64,000 nt of DNA from an uncultured Clostridia bacterium. GTDB taxonomy: Bacteria; Bacillota; Clostridia; TANB77; CAG-508. The notes below the pieces were generated by a model, which was given only the letters and a program-made list of their open reading frames with translations, did not search any database and was not told where the DNA came from. Positions 1 to 9,790 of the stretch are shown here, piece by piece. Position 1 is the stretch's first letter, and each line of letters opens with the position of its first letter. The position numbers and the translations under genes were made by a program. Location of the stretch: the NCBI GenBank assembly GCA_947632185.1, contig CANROH010000001.1, positions 15,142 through 79,141 of the forward strand, in the 5' to 3' direction.

Positions 1-1407
1 ATATTTTTCTTTTCATTTTCCCATTTAAGTTTCATATCTTGAAATGATTGTCTTAATTTAGATAGTTCTATTCTTATATTTTCAAGACGTTTTTGAGTTT
101 TAGGGTCATCTTCTCTTTCTAATGATTTTTCCTCTATTTCATATTGCATTATTTTCCTTGAAATAACATCTAATTCTGTAGGCATAGATTCAACTTCACT
201 TCTAATCATAGCACAAGCTTCATCTATTAAATCTATAGCTTTATCTGGTAAATATCTATCAGTTATATATCTATTTGAAAGAGTCGCTGCTGCAATTAAT
301 GCTTGATCTTGTATTTTAACTCCATGAAATATTTCAAATTTTTCCTGTATGCCTCTTAAAATTGTAATACAATCTTCAACACTAGGTTCTGGAACTAAAA
401 CTTGTTGAAAACGTCTTGTTAAAGCTGGATCTTTTTCAATATATTCTCTATATTCATCAAGTGTTGTAGCACCCACACAATGTAATTCTCCTCTAGCCAA
501 ACGAGGTTTTAATAAGTTGCTTGCATCCATAGCACCTTCTGATTTTCCTGCTCCGACAAGATTATGTATCTCATCTATGAACAGAATTATATTTCCTTCG
601 CTTTTATCTATTTCCTTTAATACGCCTGTTAATCTTTCTTCAAATTCTCCTTTATATTTTGCACCAGCAACTAAAAGTCCTAAATCTAATTCAAAAATAA
701 TTTTTCCCTTTAAACTTGTAGGAACATCTCCTCTCACTATTCTCTGAGCTAATCCTTCTACTATTGCTGTTTTACCAACTCCAGGCTCTCCTATTAATAC
801 CGGATTATTTTTTGTTTTACGAGATAGAATTCTTATAACATTTCTAATTTCTTCATCTCTACCAATAACTGGATTAAGTTTATTTTGCTTTGCTAAATCT
901 GTTATATTTTTTCCAAATTTAGATAAAACATCATATGAATCTTCTGGTGTATCAGTATTTACTGATACATTTCCTCTAATATCTTTTAAAGCTACTAAAA
1001 ACTTATGTTTATCCAATTTATATATCTTTAAAATTTTTCTTAAATTTTCTGTTGCATATTCAAATATTCCAAGCATTAAATGTTCTACTGAAATAAACTC
1101 ATCTTTCATAGCTTTAGATTGTCTTTCAGCCTCATCTAATGCTTTTTCGACTTCTAAAGAAAATCTTAAAGAAACAGTTCCATTTACCTTTGGCATTTTA
1201 TCGATTTCGTCTTGAATCATATTACATAAAGAGTTTGTATTAATCTCCATTTTTTTAAATAATAATGATATAATTCCATTTTTGTCCTGTAAAAATGCTA
1301 ATAACATGTGAAAATCAGTAATTTCTGGATTACCATTTTGAGAAGCAATATTGCTCGCAGTTGTTATTGCTTCTTTTGATTTTTCAGTAAAGTTTTCAAC
1401 ATTCATG
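1..1407 (-). CDS. clpB: ATP-dependent chaperone ClpB, N-terminal portion (gene continues beyond window start)
   Basis: Minus-strand translation from the ATG at 1407 gives [14 protein letters not shown]... It contains a Clp N-domain, Walker A GEPGVGKT and the start of the middle coiled-coil. The reading frame is still open at position 1. Confidence 0.85.
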
Positions 1408-1444
1408 TTTACATATCCCCTTTCTTAAGTTTCATCATAATAAT

Positions 1445-2815
1445 TTAATCTTGTGTTAATAAAATACACAATAATACATTTATATATTGTAATACACCAA
1501 TAGTTTTTATTATAATACCTGTTATTTCTTGAGTTCTTTTATCACTTTTCTTTATTAATTGTTGCCATATTAAAATACTTATTATTATCATTGAGAAATC
1601 AAAAAATATCATTGTTCTAGAATTAGAACTAAATACAGTTGGTGAAAAACCAATTATAATTTTAGAGGCTAGTCCAACCAAAAAAACTAATATTGCTATA
1701 TTATTTTTTAAATTTTTAAATATTAATAAAATTGATAGAGCTATACATATGAAATTTATAAATGCAAATATTAATGGAAAAACACTTAAAAGATTATTTA
1801 TATTTGAAGCATTTAACATCATTTGCTCTCCAACTATTAAATTTCTAAAAGAACTAATAAATGGTAAAAATGCACTAATTACATTTTTACCAATACCAAG
1901 TAAGCATATTGATAAAAATGGTATTAATGCTATTACTCTATATAATTTTTCTTTATAATTTGAAAAAATATACACTGCTATAATTAAAGTTAGTATTAAA
2001 TATACCATACTTGATTGATTAATTATAACTCCCATTGCAGTTGTAAATCCTAAAGATATTTTATCTAATATAGTAAGTGTTCTAAAATCTTTAAAAAGTT
2101 CTTGTATTTCCTGTTCATTTCTTACATAATTTCCAGGACAAGTTAATATAAAAACAATGCTTGCTATTATTAGAATTGTTTGAATTATCATATATGGATG
2201 TACTTTTTTGTTTTTAATAATCATTAATATTGTAAATAAAATATATGTTCCACACAAAATTGCACAAGTTTGCTCTTGATTTCCAGCAAATATTAAAGCT
2301 AAAGTATATAAAGGATATTCAAAAAATCTTATCTTTTCATTATCCCATATTTTTCTTATAGGCACTAATGCAAATAAACATGTAGCTAAAGGCCACATAT
2401 AATTTACTGTTGTAGCAGCCCATCCAGCGCTATTCATTATAGTTATTGGATATGCTAATATCATAAATATTAGCATTATATTATTTTCATTTTTATTATC
2501 CTTAACAAAAATTTTTGATATTGAATAACCAGCCAAAGCTACCATAAAACTTTCAATTAAAATCCATAAATATTTAGAAATTTTTAAAACTCCACAAAGT
2601 ACATACTCAATTAAAAATCTTGATGTCCATGTATAATATCTTGGTTTAACATAAGAAATTATACTTGTACCTGTAACACTTTCTAAAAATGTTTTATCAT
2701 CATATTTATTTGGAGTTACAAAAAACGTTAAAAATAATTCTAATAAAAATAATGCTATTATTGCACTTCTTCCATTTTTTAAAACTTTACTAATTTTTTC
2801 TTTTACTTTTTCCAT
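1445..2815 (-). CDS. polytopic integral membrane protein, possibly a GT-C-type glycosyltransferase
   Basis: 456-aa ORF with more than 10 predicted TM helices. An Asp-rich motif (YDDKTF) follows the first helix. No specific family was recognised. Confidence 0.5.
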   Translation of the reverse strand: MEKVKEKISKVLKNGRSAIIALFLLELFLTFFVTPNKYDDKTFLESVTGTSIISYVKPRYYTWTSRFLIEYVLCGVLKISKYLWILIESFMVALAGYSISKIFVKDNKNENNIMLIFMILAYPITIMNSAGWAATTVNYMWPLATCLFALVPIRKIWDNEKIRFFEYPLYTLALIFAGNQEQTCAILCGTYILFTILMIIKNKKVHPYMIIQTILIIASIVFILTCPGNYVRNEQEIQELFKDFRTLTILDKISLGFTTAMGVIINQSSMVYLILTLIIAVYIFSNYKEKLYRVIALIPFLSICLLGIGKNVISAFLPFISSFRNLIVGEQMMLNASNINNLLSVFPLIFAFINFICIALSILLIFKNLKNNIAILVFLVGLASKIIIGFSPTVFSSNSRTMIFFDFSMIIISILIWQQLIKKSDKRTQEITGIIIKTIGVLQYINVLLCILLTQD

Positions 2816-2826
2816 AATCTATTCCC

Positions 2827-3312
2827 CTATAATTCTCTAGATATTAGAGTAAATGCTAGTATATCCTCTTCATCATTTTGATATAAAACATAAATATCAT
2901 ACATACCTCTTGGAATTCCAAAAAGAAGACATTGAGCATGTAATCCTGCTTTTTTTAATCCTTCATCTTGGATATTTATATTTTCTTCCATTTGTGTTCT
3001 CATCAAATACATTTTTCCTGTTTCTTGATTTTTTAGAACATAATTACAATTAAAAGTTCCAATTTCATCAATTCCTTCCTTATATGCCCATCCAGATATT
3101 TCAATTTTTTTAGAATCTAGTTCAAGCATGTCAATATGCGTATTTATAATACCTTCCTCAGTTACTATTTTAGTATTTTCGCTAGGAGTATAAGGTTTAA
3201 ATATTAAAAATGAACTCATTGTAAGACCTAAAAACAAAATAACAACTATTATACAAATTATTAATATTCGCACATACAATTTTTTATTAATTTCAACATC
3301 TAAAAAATTCAT
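2827..3312 (-). CDS. hypothetical membrane-anchored protein
   Basis: 161-aa ORF with one N-terminal TM segment, 11 nt downstream of the preceding gene. Confidence 0.55.
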   Translation of the reverse strand: MNFLDVEINKKLYVRILIICIIVVILFLGLTMSSFLIFKPYTPSENTKIVTEEGIINTHIDMLELDSKKIEISGWAYKEGIDEIGTFNCNYVLKNQETGKMYLMRTQMEENINIQDEGLKKAGLHAQCLLFGIPRGMYDIYVLYQNDEEDILAFTLISREL

Positions 3313-3385
3313 TTATTTTCTCCATAATTAAGATATATTTTATACTATCATAAAAAATTTTTTTATTCAATATACTATTAACAAA

Positions 3386-3419
3386 CCCCTAGATTTTTTT
3401 CTAGGGGTTATTATTTTTT
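3386..3419. terminator. rho-independent terminator (bidirectional)
   Basis: cccctag-attttttt-ctagggg hairpin followed by a T-run. It is preceded by an A-run, so it also works on the minus strand. Confidence 0.6.
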
Positions 3420-3496
3420 CTTTTATTTTTGTATCATATTATTATTTATTTCTATAAAATTTAAATATTTCAGTTACATAAAAAAATTTTTCAAAT

Positions 3497-4279
3497 TTAT
3501 CTTTCAAATTCATTTACACTTTTAAATTCATATCCCATATTTTTTATCTGTTTTATTACATCATCCAATATTACACTATTATCTTTGGAGGTAGCGTGAA
3601 GCAATAACACACATCCACAATGTATATTGTCTATTATTTTCTTTTTTCCATATTCTTCTCTATTTTGTTTTGCTTCATCCCAGTCATCATAAGCAGATGA
3701 CCACATTACAGTTGTATAGTCTAATTTGCTTACAACATCTATTACTCTTTCACTAAATTCTCCTTTTGGAGGTCTAAAATAAGTCATCTCATATCCAAAT
3801 TTCTCATACACTGCATTATGCAAGTCCATAACTTCTTTTTTAATTTCTTCATCACTTATATTTGGTAAACACTTATGATTTACAGTATGATTTCCAACTA
3901 TATGGCCATCTTCTATCATCCTTTTTACTAAGTCACCTGCTGTATTTAAATAATGTGCTGTTATAAAAAAAATTGCTTTAACATCGTTTTCTTCTAAAAC
4001 ATCTAAAATTTTTTCTGTATATCCTGCTTCATATCCACAATCAAAAGTTAAATATACTTTATTACTATCTTTACTTCCCATTGAAATTCCTTCATAGTCT
4101 CTTATAACTTTTTCACTTGCCGTATCTAATGTAGGTTGATTATGGTTTTCCCCTCTTCTAAATCCCCAAGCGAGTAACTCATTACTTAAAGAACTAGCCT
4201 GTGCATATAATGAAAATTGTACAATACAAATCATTAATATAATTAATGCAAAGCAATGCCTAATAATTTTTTCCTTCAT
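3497..4279 (-). CDS. polysaccharide deacetylase family protein (NodB domain, PdaA/PdaB-like), secreted
   Basis: Signal peptide, then NodB motifs TFDCGYE...HTVNH. Confidence 0.8.
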   Translation of the reverse strand: MKEKIIRHCFALIILMICIVQFSLYAQASSLSNELLAWGFRRGENHNQPTLDTASEKVIRDYEGISMGSKDSNKVYLTFDCGYEAGYTEKILDVLEENDVKAIFFITAHYLNTAGDLVKRMIEDGHIVGNHTVNHKCLPNISDEEIKKEVMDLHNAVYEKFGYEMTYFRPPKGEFSERVIDVVSKLDYTTVMWSSAYDDWDEAKQNREEYGKKKIIDNIHCGCVLLLHATSKDNSVILDDVIKQIKNMGYEFKSVNEFER

Positions 4280-4382
4280 AAAATCCTCCTAAATAATTTT
4301 TATTAAAATTTATTCAGAAAGATTTAATATATACCTTTATTTAATAAATTAATATTTATTAAGCAATATTGAAAATCATACT

Positions 4383-4949
4383 TTAATTTTTATCTTTTAA
4401 TATATCTATTAAATTATCTAATCTTTCTTTAGTAGAAATTTCTCCATCTACTATATTATATTTTCCAATTAATCTTGTTAAACATAATATTCCTGCATCA
4501 TGATATTTTTGTCCAGCTGTTGAAAAGCAGTAATTACTTAAAACAATTGGTCTTATACCATTTTCAAAAAAATCAACTGCTGTTTTTAAAACACAACACT
4601 CTGTATCTAAACCACAAATAAATATTCTATATGGCAATTTATTACCATTTTCCTCTTTTAATTTTTCTATCATTTCTTTCGTATATGCAGAATAACAATC
4701 TTCTTTTACTGTTACACAATCGCATAATTTATATACTTCAGGCATTATTTCCTGTGATTTTTTACTTCTTAAATTTGTCCATCCAATCATTTTTTCAATA
4801 TTACTTCCATTTACATTTTTGTATTTAGTAGCTATTACTTTATTAAATATCTTATTTTTTAACAATTCCGATATTTTATTATAAGTTTGGACTGTTTTAT
4901 CATTCATAAAACCATTTTGAATATCAATAACTATAAGTATATTATTCAT
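4383..4949 (-). CDS. isochorismatase-family cysteine hydrolase (nicotinamidase-like)
   Basis: N-terminal VIDIQNGF motif and a catalytic Cys region (ICGLDTECCV). Confidence 0.75.
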   Translation of the reverse strand: MNNILIVIDIQNGFMNDKTVQTYNKISELLKNKIFNKVIATKYKNVNGSNIEKMIGWTNLRSKKSQEIMPEVYKLCDCVTVKEDCYSAYTKEMIEKLKEENGNKLPYRIFICGLDTECCVLKTAVDFFENGIRPIVLSNYCFSTAGQKYHDAGILCLTRLIGKYNIVDGEISTKERLDNLIDILKDKN

Positions 4950-4985
4950 TTTTCTCCTTTTATAACGTACTTTTCTTTTAATATT

Positions 4986-5666
4986 CTAATTTTCTAATAT
5001 TTTCCAGCTTCCTACTTTTTCAGGATACTCTTCAAATTGCATTACTTCTTTTGTAGTTGGATGAATAAAACTTAAACTATAGGCCCAAAGCGCTAATCCC
5101 TTTCCTTTTCCTCTAATTCCATACTTTTGATCTCCAGATAAACTATGTCCTCTTGAGGCAAATTGTACTCTTATCTGATGATGTCTACCAGTATGTAAAT
5201 CAACTTTTACAAGAGACATATTTATTTCTTTATTATATTTTATAACTTCATAATCTAATACTGCTTCTTTTGAATTTTTAACCTGTTCCTTTACGACTTT
5301 ACTCGTATTTGTTTTTTCATTTTTTAATAAATAATCTCTCATTGTTCCGTGATTATTTTCCATTTTTCCATCTACAATACATATATATTTTTTATGCATT
5401 TTATTTTCTCTTACTTGCTCACTTAACCTTGAAGCTGCCTTTGAAGTTTTTGCAAAAACCATAATACCGCCAGTAGGTCTATCTAATCTATGAACTAATC
5501 CTAAATAAACTTCTCCCGGTTTATTATATTTTTCCTTTATGTATTTTTTTATAATTGTTAACATATCTTCATCACCAGTTTTATCACTTTGAGATGGGAT
5601 ATTAACTGGTTTTACAACAACAATTACATGATTATCTTCATATAAAATCTTAAAATTCATTTCCAT
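4986..5666 (-). CDS. RluA-family RNA pseudouridine synthase (no S4 domain)
   Basis: HRLDRPTGG catalytic Asp motif; 226 aa. Confidence 0.8.
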   Translation of the reverse strand: MEMNFKILYEDNHVIVVVKPVNIPSQSDKTGDEDMLTIIKKYIKEKYNKPGEVYLGLVHRLDRPTGGIMVFAKTSKAASRLSEQVRENKMHKKYICIVDGKMENNHGTMRDYLLKNEKTNTSKVVKEQVKNSKEAVLDYEVIKYNKEINMSLVKVDLHTGRHHQIRVQFASRGHSLSGDQKYGIRGKGKGLALWAYSLSFIHPTTKEVMQFEEYPEKVGSWKILEN

Positions 5667-5718
5667 TTCCTTAATAATTAATACATTTAAATAGTTGGTT
5701 TAGTTATACAACTTAAAC

Positions 5719-6582
5719 TTAATTTTCCCAGCGTCCATATATTCCACAAGGCAAAACTAGTTTAGAATCTTTCATAGGAAGTCCAATTTCTCCTGATGAA
5801 AACTGTCCTTTTTTTATTTTTAATTTTAAATTTAATATATTTTCTAATACTTTTGAAGATATACCTGTTGTATAAGAATTTATCAAGAAAAATAATGGAT
5901 CTTCTGATAAAACATTAGAACATAAATCTACTAAATCAGATATATTGTTTTCAAATTGCCATACTTCTCCATTTTTTCCTCTTCCATATGATGGTGGGTC
6001 CATTATAATTGCATCATATTTGTTTCCTCTTCTTATTTCTCTTTGAACAAATTTAGTAACATCATCAACAATAAATCTAACTGGTTTATCAGATAATCCT
6101 GATGATGATATATTTTCTTTTGCCCATGATACCATTCCTTTAGAACTATCAACATGACATACTTGAGCTCCAGCGAAACTGCATGCAACTGTTGCGCCTC
6201 CTGTATATGCAAAAAGATTTAAAACTTTTATATTTTTTCTATCGCAATTTTTTATTTTATTTATCATCCAATCCCAATTAACAGCTTGTTCTGGAAACAA
6301 GCCTGTATGCTTAAATCCCATTGGCTTTATATTAAATACTAAATTTTTATAATGTACTTGCCAGCTCTCAGGTAATTTTTTATTATATTGCCAGCTTCCT
6401 CCTCCGCTGTTACTTCTGGTATATTTGGCATCTACATTTTTCCATTTTTCAGGATATAATTTTTCTTTCCAAATAATTTGTGGATCTGGTCTTACTAAAA
6501 TTATATTATTCCATCTTTCTAATTTTTCGCCATTTGACATATCCAATATTTCATAATCTCTCCAATTTTCTGCTATTTCCAT
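5719..6582 (-). CDS. class I SAM-dependent rRNA methyltransferase (RlmI/YwbD-like, no PUA domain)
   Basis: LNLFAYTGG SAM-binding motif and a DPPS(Y) motif. It is probably co-transcribed with the downstream pseudouridine synthase. Confidence 0.75.
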   Translation of the reverse strand: MEIAENWRDYEILDMSNGEKLERWNNIILVRPDPQIIWKEKLYPEKWKNVDAKYTRSNSGGGSWQYNKKLPESWQVHYKNLVFNIKPMGFKHTGLFPEQAVNWDWMINKIKNCDRKNIKVLNLFAYTGGATVACSFAGAQVCHVDSSKGMVSWAKENISSSGLSDKPVRFIVDDVTKFVQREIRRGNKYDAIIMDPPSYGRGKNGEVWQFENNISDLVDLCSNVLSEDPLFFLINSYTTGISSKVLENILNLKLKIKKGQFSSGEIGLPMKDSKLVLPCGIYGRWEN

Positions 6583-6601
6583 TATACTTTCCTTCTATCT
6601 A

Positions 6602-7459
6602 TTACTTTAAATTTTTAAGTTTATTTTTTACATCTTCTATTGATTGCTCTGGAGTTGAAGCCCCTGCAATAATACCAACTCTATCTATATTTATAAAATT
6701 TTCTTCTTTAATTTCATCTGCTGTTTCAATACAGTATACATTTTTAGAATTTTCTTCTGATATTTTTGCTAATGCTTTTGTATTAGCACTATTTTTTCCA
6801 CCGATTATTACCATTGTGTGGAAATCTTTTGACATTTTCCTTGCCTCTTCTTGTCTCAATTCTGTTGCATTGCAAATTGTTTTATCTATTATGCATTCAG
6901 CTTCAATAAAATTTTTCTCCACTTCTTTTGATAACCTGTCAAAATAACTGCTTGACATTGTTGTTTGTCCAACAATATATACTTTTGATAATGAAGTATT
7001 TTCAAATTTCATATAAGCATCTAAAATATCATCTTCATTTTCTATTACATAACTATTTTCTCCAGCAAAACTTTTAGTTCCTATTACTTCTGGATGTTTT
7101 TTTTCACCTAAAATTATTATAAAACAATTTTCTTTTTGTTTATCTACTTTATCATGTATTATTTTTACTTTTCCACATGTTAAATCAATAATTTCTAATT
7201 TTTTTCTATATGCTAATTCATATATTTCTTTTGGTTCTCCATGAGCTCTAAAAATAACTTTTTCACCATTATCTATTTGTTCTAAATTATTTACTGTTAT
7301 CATACCTTTTTTCTCTAAAGAATCTATAACTTGATTATTATGCACCAGTTCTCCCAAACAATAAATTTTTTGATTTGTTAATACCTGTTCTTCTGCCTTT
7401 TTTACAGCATTTTTTACACCTGAACAAAATCCTGAATTTTTTCCAACTATTACTTCCAT
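6602..7459 (-). CDS. ispH: 4-hydroxy-3-methylbut-2-enyl diphosphate reductase IspH (LytB), stand-alone (not fused to S1)
   Basis: GFCSGVKNAV and VHN motifs; 285 aa. Confidence 0.9.
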   Translation of the reverse strand: MEVIVGKNSGFCSGVKNAVKKAEEQVLTNQKIYCLGELVHNNQVIDSLEKKGMITVNNLEQIDNGEKVIFRAHGEPKEIYELAYRKKLEIIDLTCGKVKIIHDKVDKQKENCFIIILGEKKHPEVIGTKSFAGENSYVIENEDDILDAYMKFENTSLSKVYIVGQTTMSSSYFDRLSKEVEKNFIEAECIIDKTICNATELRQEEARKMSKDFHTMVIIGGKNSANTKALAKISEENSKNVYCIETADEIKEENFINIDRVGIIAGASTPEQSIEDVKNKLKNLK

Positions 7460-7544
7460 ATTCCCTCTATTTATATATTTTTTGATATAATTTTTAATTT
7501 AAAAATTGATTTTATTATATATTAAGTAATGTTAAAAGTCAATT

Positions 7545-7649
7545 TTACAATGTTTGCAACACTGCTACAAAACTGTATAATAGAAAAATTAAAACACTAA
7601 AACTAATGCTTGTCCCTACTAATAATATGCCAATTAAAAATTTTTTCAT
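7545..7649 (-). CDS. candidate small hydrophobic peptide (34 aa, MKKFLIGILLVGTSISFSVLIFLLYSFVAVLQTL)
   Basis: A GGAGG Shine-Dalgarno 6 nt upstream of the ATG. Single predicted TM helix. Not in the ORF track because of its length. Confidence 0.3.
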   Translation of the reverse strand: MKKFLIGILLVGTSISFSVLIFLLYSFVAVLQTL

Positions 7650-7789
7650 AAAAACCTCCATAAATATTATTTTTATAAATATATATTCATGAAAATTAAT
7701 TTTATTACTAGTTTTATTAATAATTTTTCAATTACTTTAATATAAAAAGCTCAAAATTGTTTATTAATTAAACATTTTGAGCCTTTACA

Positions 7790-9574
7790 TTAAAGTTCTT
7801 TTTTTATTTTTTCTGCTAAAGTTTTGTTTATTCCTTTAACACTAGCTATATCGTCTATACTTGCCTCTTTTATCTTTTTAACACTTCCAAATTTCTTTAA
7901 TAGTGCTGTTCTCTTTTTTTCTCCTATTCCTTCTATATAATCAAGTTTTGATTTTGTCATTTCTCTATCACGAACTTTTCTGTGATATTCAATAGCAGTT
8001 TTATGAACTTCATCTTGAAGGTTTGTTATAAAATTAAATAAATTTTCTGATATTCTATATTCATTTCTATTTTCATCTATCAAAGCTCTAGTTTGATGCT
8101 TGTCATTTTTAACCATACCAAATACAGGAATATCGACGTTTACTTCATTCATTGCATTTTTTATCGCCTTTATTTGAGTTATACCACCATCTGCTAAAAT
8201 TAAATCCGGTAAAATTCCAAAACCGCCTTTTGGATTTTCTATAGAATGTTTTAATCTTCTTGTTACAACTTCCTGCATACATCGTGGATCATCTTGTCCA
8301 TATACAGTTTTTATTTTAAATCTTCGTGAAAGATTCCTTTTTATTATCCCATTTTGTGCAACACACATTCCTGCAACAATAAAATTTCCTGAAATATTTG
8401 AAATATCAAAACTCTCTATTTTAAATGGTACATAATCTAAATCTAATACATCTCTCAATTCAATTAATATATCCGTCTTATCCTTAACTTTATTTTCTAA
8501 AGTTATTTTACTATTAAGTTCTGCCATTTCAACAAACCTTAATTTCTCACCTCTTTGAGGACTTTTTAATTCTACCTTTCTATTTCCTTTATTTGAAAGC
8601 CAATTTTCTAAAACATCTTTTTCTTCTAAATCATATCTTAACATTATCTTACTTGGAAAATCTTTTTTATCCATATAATATTGTTTTATAAATCCAGATA
8701 CAATTTCGCTTTCATCCATATCCTTTAACTCATCAAAAAAGTAATGTTCTCTTCCTATCATTTTACTATTTCTTATAAAGAAAATCTCTATACAAACTGT
8801 AACTTCATTTTTAAATAACCCAATTACATCAATATTATTTTCTGAAATATTAGAAACCTTTTGTTTTTCTGATACTCTTTCTATGGCCAAAATTCTGTCT
8901 CTAACTTGTGCTGCCTTTTCAAATTCTAGATTTTTAGAATATTCTTGCATTTCATTTTCTAAATCTTTTATAATTTTATCTATTTTTCCATCTAATAATA
9001 AAATAATTTGATCTATTTGCTTTCTATAATCTTCTTTAGATACATATTTCATACAAGGAGCTAAACACTTTTTTATATGATAATTTAGACATGCTCTATC
9101 TCTGCTTTTAAAATTCTTACACTGTCTGATTTGAAATTTTTCTTTAATAAAACTTATCATTTCTTTTGCAGATGTAACATTTGGATATGGGCCAAAATAC
9201 TTTGCACCATCATTTAAAATTTTTCTTGTCATAAATACACCTGGATAATCAGATTTCATATCTATTTTTATATATGGATATGTTTTATCATCTTTAAGAA
9301 GTACATTAAATTTAGGTCTATATTTTTTTATTAAATTGCACTCTAATATTAAAGCCTCATCTTCATTACCAACTACTATATATTCAAAATGATCTATTAA
9401 AGAAACCATTTTCTCAATTCTAGGTGTTTTGTTATTTTTTCTAAAGTATTGTCTAACTCTATTTTTCAAAACAACTGCTTTTCCTACATATATAACAGTA
9501 TTATCTTTATCTCGCATTAAATAAACGCCTGGTTTTTCCGGAAGCTTTTTTAATTCTTCTTCAATATCAAACAT
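7790..9574 (-). CDS. uvrC: excinuclease ABC subunit C UvrC
   Basis: GIY-YIG N-terminus (GVYLMRDKDNTVIYVGKA) and a C-terminal RNase H-like/HhH region; 594 aa. Confidence 0.95.
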   Translation of the reverse strand: MFDIEEELKKLPEKPGVYLMRDKDNTVIYVGKAVVLKNRVRQYFRKNNKTPRIEKMVSLIDHFEYIVVGNEDEALILECNLIKKYRPKFNVLLKDDKTYPYIKIDMKSDYPGVFMTRKILNDGAKYFGPYPNVTSAKEMISFIKEKFQIRQCKNFKSRDRACLNYHIKKCLAPCMKYVSKEDYRKQIDQIILLLDGKIDKIIKDLENEMQEYSKNLEFEKAAQVRDRILAIERVSEKQKVSNISENNIDVIGLFKNEVTVCIEIFFIRNSKMIGREHYFFDELKDMDESEIVSGFIKQYYMDKKDFPSKIMLRYDLEEKDVLENWLSNKGNRKVELKSPQRGEKLRFVEMAELNSKITLENKVKDKTDILIELRDVLDLDYVPFKIESFDISNISGNFIVAGMCVAQNGIIKRNLSRRFKIKTVYGQDDPRCMQEVVTRRLKHSIENPKGGFGILPDLILADGGITQIKAIKNAMNEVNVDIPVFGMVKNDKHQTRALIDENRNEYRISENLFNFITNLQDEVHKTAIEYHRKVRDREMTKSKLDYIEGIGEKKRTALLKKFGSVKKIKEASIDDIASVKGINKTLAEKIKKEL

Positions 9575-9717
9575 TTTATACGCTCCAACTAATTTAATTA
9601 TTCGATATATCTAATAAATTGCATTCTATGCATGTATTATAGCATTTTAAAATTCCTTTTACAATAGACAAAATCTCACATTATTTAGAGTTTATCCATT
9701 TAGCAATAAAAATTTAT

Positions 9718-9746
9718 TTGACATTTTTTTATAATTTACATATTAT
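9718..9746 (+). promoter_or_regulatory. sigma-A-type promoter of glmS (TTGACA-17-TATTAT)
   Basis: -35 TTGACA at 9718-9723 and -10 TATTAT at 9741-9746. Leaves only a ~40-nt 5' UTR. Confidence 0.4.
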
Positions 9747-9790
9747 AATATAGAAATTAGTTATTTAATTTTTTAAGAAAGGTGTTTTTT

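Noticed and set aside
1408-1500. CtsR or CIRCE heat-shock operator upstream of clpB
   Set aside because: No GGTCAAA repeats or TTAGCACTC-N9-GAGTGCTAA element found. The upstream gene stops only 38 nt from the clpB start.
6480-6947. Long plus-strand ORFs in the ORF track overlapping minus-strand genes (e.g. 6480-6947, 10474-10809, 16358-16760, 20495-21030, 33138-33524, 34799-35182, 46827-47135, 52504-52797, 54699-55071, 61832-62305)
   Set aside because: They are antisense to well-supported genes, lack an SD and have low-complexity, Phe/Ile/Leu-rich composition typical of AT-rich antisense frames.
9575-9790. glmS ribozyme upstream of glmS
   Set aside because: No structured GC-containing core is present. 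The promoter is about 40 nt from the ATG, leaving no room for the roughly 150-nt ribozyme.
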